From: Candidatus Woesearchaeota archaeon
Lineage (GTDB): Archaea > Nanobdellota > Nanobdellia > Pacearchaeales > GW2011-AR1
DNA length: 64,000 nt
NCBI GenBank assembly: GCA_964613185.1
Contig: CAZTIP010000002.1
Location: 15,757 to 79,756 of the forward strand
Direction: 5' to 3'
Positions 60,579-64,000 of this stretch are shown one piece after another. The notes under the pieces are model-generated. The model was not told the DNA's origin. It searched no databases and saw only the letters and a program-made list of their open reading frames with translations. The translations under genes were made by a program, and so were the position numbers. Each line of letters starts with the position of its first letter. Within the stretch, counting starts at the first letter, position 1.

Positions 60579-61175
60579 CTAAATCTTTCCAACTAAATCA
60601 AGTCCTGGTTTTAAGGTTTCTTTTCCAGGGGCCCAATTTACAGGACAAACTTGTTCTCCGTTTTCGTTTACGAATTTTGCTGCTTGTAACTTTCTGATTA
60701 ATTCCTCAATACTCCTTCCTACAGAATTATCATGAATTTCAACAGTTCTTAAAATTCCTTCAGGATCAATTATGAAAGTTCCTCTTAATGAAAGTCCTTC
60801 TCCCTGAATGTAAGTTCCATAATCTTTGGAAATTTTTCCGGTAGGATCTGCAATCATTGGAAATTTGATTTGTTTTATTGATTCAGAATTATCGTGCCAT
60901 GCCTTATGAACAAATGCCGTATCTGTTGAAATGCTTAAAACTTCTGCACCCAATTCTTTAATTTCTTGATATTTCTTTGCAAGTTCTTCTAATTCTGTTG
61001 GACAAATAAATGTGAAATCTGCAGGGTAAAAGAATAAAATTACCCATTTCCCCCGATAATCTCTTAAGGATATTTTTTTTATTTCTTCTTCATGAAATGC
61101 TTCTGTTGTGAAATTAGGTGCATGTTTCCCTGGAAAACAAACCTCTATATTGTTACAACATCCGTGACCTTCCAT
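60579..61175 (-). CDS. Peroxiredoxin (2-Cys Prx, AhpC/TSA family)
   Basis: Active-site motif FTFICPTEL. Length is 198 aa. Confidence 0.9.
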   Translation of the reverse strand: MEGHGCCNNIEVCFPGKHAPNFTTEAFHEEEIKKISLRDYRGKWVILFFYPADFTFICPTELEELAKKYQEIKELGAEVLSISTDTAFVHKAWHDNSESIKQIKFPMIADPTGKISKDYGTYIQGEGLSLRGTFIIDPEGILRTVEIHDNSVGRSIEELIRKLQAAKFVNENGEQVCPVNWAPGKETLKPGLDLVGKI

Positions 61176-61220
61176 TTTATTATTTTATATTAAAGAGTTT
61201 ATAAATTTTGGTAATCGGCG

Positions 61221-61592
61221 TTACCCTTCAAAGATATTTCCAGTCTTTTTGAACCTCTCAATCATTTCTTCGTTTTGTTTTAATCCCTTCCTTTTTAGGA
61301 CTAATGCTTCCCTTGCTTTTTGAATTGCATCACAAATTTTGATATTTATCGGACATTTTTGTTCGCATGCCTTACACATAGTGCATTCATAAATTACTTT
61401 ATCTAGAATTTTATCGGATAAAAGTATTGCATGTCCTCTTGGCGAAACTCTTTCTTCCATTAACACTTTGAAAGTAGGGCATAAAGATTTGCATAAACCA
61501 CAGCTAGTACATTTTTCAAATATTTCGCAAGCTTCTTCAATTAAATTATTCGCTTCAATTAATTCCTGTTCTGTTGGCTTTTCATTACTCAT
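61221..61592 (-). CDS. 2x[4Fe-4S] ferredoxin-like subunit (GlcF N-terminal-like)
   Basis: Cluster motifs CTSCGLCKSLCP and CTMCKACEQKCP. Confidence 0.7.
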   Translation of the reverse strand: MSNEKPTEQELIEANNLIEEACEIFEKCTSCGLCKSLCPTFKVLMEERVSPRGHAILLSDKILDKVIYECTMCKACEQKCPINIKICDAIQKAREALVLKRKGLKQNEEMIERFKKTGNIFEG

Positions 61593-62710
61593 ATTAATTT
61601 TCCTTGATTAAATTTATTCAGAGGATCTGTTCTTTTTTTGATATTTCTTAAAATTTTTTGATCGTTAATTTCCACAAATTCTTTTTTTAATATTCCTACT
61701 CCATATTCTTTAGAAATTTGACCCCCTAATCTTTTGATTAATTTTACCATTTCGGGAATTAATTTTTCCTGTGAATTATTGAAACAAGGATTTAAATTTC
61801 CTGTAGAAATTTCTCCAAATGAATGAATATTTCTTTCCTCTAACCACCTAATTAATATTGGAATCTTATCGATTAATATTTTTGGATCTTCAATTCTTAG
61901 ATATTCTTCTTTTACCATTATTGAATAAATCTTATCAATTAATTCTAAAATATTTTGATAATCTTCTCCTTTTAAATTTCCTGAATCATCTTCATATTCA
62001 ATAATTAAATTATATCCTTCTTCAAGATTTAATTTTTTACTAAGCCATTTATCCAAAAATTTTGTCATAGAAATATTTGAATTTCTTTTTAGATTCTTAA
62101 CTATCGAAATTATTTCTTCAAAACTTTCCACAGTTATTATTGACGCGGTTCTTTCTTTTTTTCTTGTTAATTTTAAACAAGCCTTAACAATTACTCCTGT
62201 AATTCCTTCCATTCCAGAATAATCACTTATCTCAGTTACCCCTTTTTTTTCAAGCTCTCCTTTACAGTTTATGATTTCAATCCAATTTATCCAATTTTCA
62301 GTTTTACCATATTTTAAACTTCTATTTCCTGTTGCATTTGTCGCAATCATTCCTCCAATTGTTGCAATCTCATTACTTGAAGGAATTACTGGAAATTCTA
62401 AATTGTAATCTTGTAAATAATTTTGTAAATCTTTTAAGATTACTCCCGCATCTACTTCGATAGTTTTTCTTTCTTTTTCTAATTTCCCTATTTGATTTAA
62501 TTTAGATAAATCGAGAACTATATCTAAACCACTTTGGGGAATTGCACCTCCTACGAATCCACTTCCTCCACCTCTAGGAACTATCCTTTTAGAATTTTTT
62601 ATTATGCCTTTTATTTCCTGAATAGATTTCGGATTTTTGATATCTTTCGCATTCCCTTTTAATCTTGAAGCATCCGCTTCATAAATTTTTTTTAAATTTT
62701 TTAAATTCAT
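61589..62710 (-). CDS. FAD-linked oxidase (GlcD/D-lactate dehydrogenase-like)
   Basis: FAD_binding_4-type motif RIVPRGGGSGFVGGAIP. It overlaps both neighbouring genes by 4 nt. Confidence 0.8.
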   Translation of the reverse strand: MNLKNLKKIYEADASRLKGNAKDIKNPKSIQEIKGIIKNSKRIVPRGGGSGFVGGAIPQSGLDIVLDLSKLNQIGKLEKERKTIEVDAGVILKDLQNYLQDYNLEFPVIPSSNEIATIGGMIATNATGNRSLKYGKTENWINWIEIINCKGELEKKGVTEISDYSGMEGITGVIVKACLKLTRKKERTASIITVESFEEIISIVKNLKRNSNISMTKFLDKWLSKKLNLEEGYNLIIEYEDDSGNLKGEDYQNILELIDKIYSIMVKEEYLRIEDPKILIDKIPILIRWLEERNIHSFGEISTGNLNPCFNNSQEKLIPEMVKLIKRLGGQISKEYGVGILKKEFVEINDQKILRNIKKRTDPLNKFNQGKLI

Positions 62711-63438
62711 ATTTTTAATCCTCTTAATTTTCCTAAAACAAATGTTGAAAACTCAGTACTTTTTTCGGTGACTAATTTTAAATTTGAATGTGATAATTCA
62801 CAGGGGGAAATAACCCTCGAAATATCTTTTGGAATTGTAGAAATTTTCTTTTGAGCCATTTTTTTTGAGAGTTCTTTAAAATTTTCTCGCATTCCTGCCC
62901 CTGCACAACAACAAAGAGAATTTTCCCTGTTTAATTTCATTTCTAAAATTTCTCCTCCAAGAATTCTTATTATCTCTCTTGGTTCCTCATAAATCTTTGA
63001 ATATCTCCCTAACTTACATGAATCATGATAAGTTACAATTTCTTTTTCCCCTTTTTTTATTCTTATTTTCTTTAACCCGTTTAATATTGAAATTGTTGCA
63101 TGTTCTACTTCAATATCCCATTCCCTAACAAATTCTGGATAAATATTTTTCAACATATAATAGGTTGATGGAGAATTTGTAATAATTTTTTTTATTGAAT
63201 TTTTTTTGAATTTTTCAAAGTTCTGATTTGCAATTTTTCTTGCTTCGTTTTTGTATCCTGCATTTAAAATTTCGTGCCCACATGAAAAATTTTCTTCAAT
63301 AGTTATAAAATTTATTTTTAATTTCTTGAAAATTTCCTGATAGTTTTCAAATTCCCTATTTAAAAAAGTTCTTGTAAATTGGCCTGGAAAATAAAGTGTT
63401 TTTCCCCTTAAATTTTTCCCCCAGTTTAAAATGTTCAT
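62707..63438 (-). CDS. Cysteine-rich CCG-domain protein (HdrB/GlcF C-terminal-like)
   Basis: Two CCG-type motifs, one near YHDSCKLGR and one near CCCAGAG. Confidence 0.75.
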   Translation of the reverse strand: MNILNWGKNLRGKTLYFPGQFTRTFLNREFENYQEIFKKLKINFITIEENFSCGHEILNAGYKNEARKIANQNFEKFKKNSIKKIITNSPSTYYMLKNIYPEFVREWDIEVEHATISILNGLKKIRIKKGEKEIVTYHDSCKLGRYSKIYEEPREIIRILGGEILEMKLNRENSLCCCAGAGMRENFKELSKKMAQKKISTIPKDISRVISPCELSHSNLKLVTEKSTEFSTFVLGKLRGLKI

Positions 63439-63500
63439 TTTTTAAAAAGAGTCTTTGTATATTTAAAATTAATTATGGTTGACATAACTATTTAAAAATT

Positions 63501-63773
63501 TTAATTTATTTTTTCAACAATTTCTTCAGCTAATTTTTCTAATTTGCTGTTTTTTCTCACTAGTAAAACATCTCTTAAATCTTCGGTGAATTTTTTAGTG
63601 CAGTGTATATAATATCCTTGTTCTTCATTTTCATTATCTGAAATTCTTGAACCATAGTTATCGGTTATAAATTTAAATCCTTCAGACATTAATTTTTCTC
63701 CGATTATTGACCTTTTATAAGCCCCTTGAATTTTGTAAATAATGAATTCTTTAGTCTTTTTTATTTCCCTCAT
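63501..63773 (-). CDS. Hypothetical protein
   Basis: 90 aa. Confidence 0.3.
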   Translation of the reverse strand: MREIKKTKEFIIYKIQGAYKRSIIGEKLMSEGFKFITDNYGSRISDNENEEQGYYIHCTKKFTEDLRDVLLVRKNSKLEKLAEEIVEKIN

Positions 63774-64000
63774 AAATTTTTTAATTAAAATCTATTTTTA
63801 AAATTTTTGGACGTTTATTGATTAATGGAGTGAAATAAATCCCCAGATTGCTACGAAAACTGCCCATAAATAATTTAATGACGAATTCCAACCATTATTT
63901 GTTGTAAGTACAATTAGTACTGAAAGAATTATTGCTCCCCACCCCATTACTTTTTTAGAGACCATTTTATTGTTTATTTATAAGGAAATTGGATTATTTA

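Overview
This 64 kb window is AT-rich and reads as an archaeal chromosome, most likely from a small-genome DPANN-type lineage. The archaeal assignment rests on archaea/eukaryote-specific genes: ribosomal proteins L7Ae, S28e, L24e, S6e, L35Ae and L10e, aIF2-gamma, thermosome, Kae1, deoxyhypusine synthase and an archaeal-type ProRS. These sit alongside many bacterial-looking genes: gyrA/gyrB, PhoH, a MutS-like ATPase, a DEAD-box helicase and PEP synthase. Most of the window is housekeeping: four aminoacyl-tRNA synthetases (Pro, Met, Glu, plus tRNAs Arg, Gly, Tyr, Val), gyrase, TruD, KEOPS Kae1, two circularly permuted GTPases, peroxiredoxin and a GlcD/GlcF-like FAD/Fe-S oxidase trio. The unusual content is listed below.

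- A protein with clear similarity to bacterial sigma-70 regions 2 and 4, embedded among archaeal translation genes.
- Three of the four tRNA genes carry short partial direct copies of their own 5' or 3' ends 38-75 nt away. tRNA-Arg has both a 5' and a 3' copy.
- A four-gene operon, in transcription order a DisA-like diadenylate cyclase, a DHH-DHHA1 phosphoesterase, a Fic protein and deoxyhypusine synthase.
- An 1107-aa secreted protein built from Cys/Asp-rich Ca-binding-like repeats, a LamG-like domain and a beta-helix-like C-terminus.
- Two paralogous minimal nucleotidyltransferase-domain proteins flanking blocks of uncharacterised genes.
- An SNF2-helicase C-terminal fragment followed by a protein with 23 cysteines in its last 115 residues.
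- A tiny zinc-ribbon ORF wedged between gyrB and gyrA.

No CRISPR array, integrase or transposase is visible.
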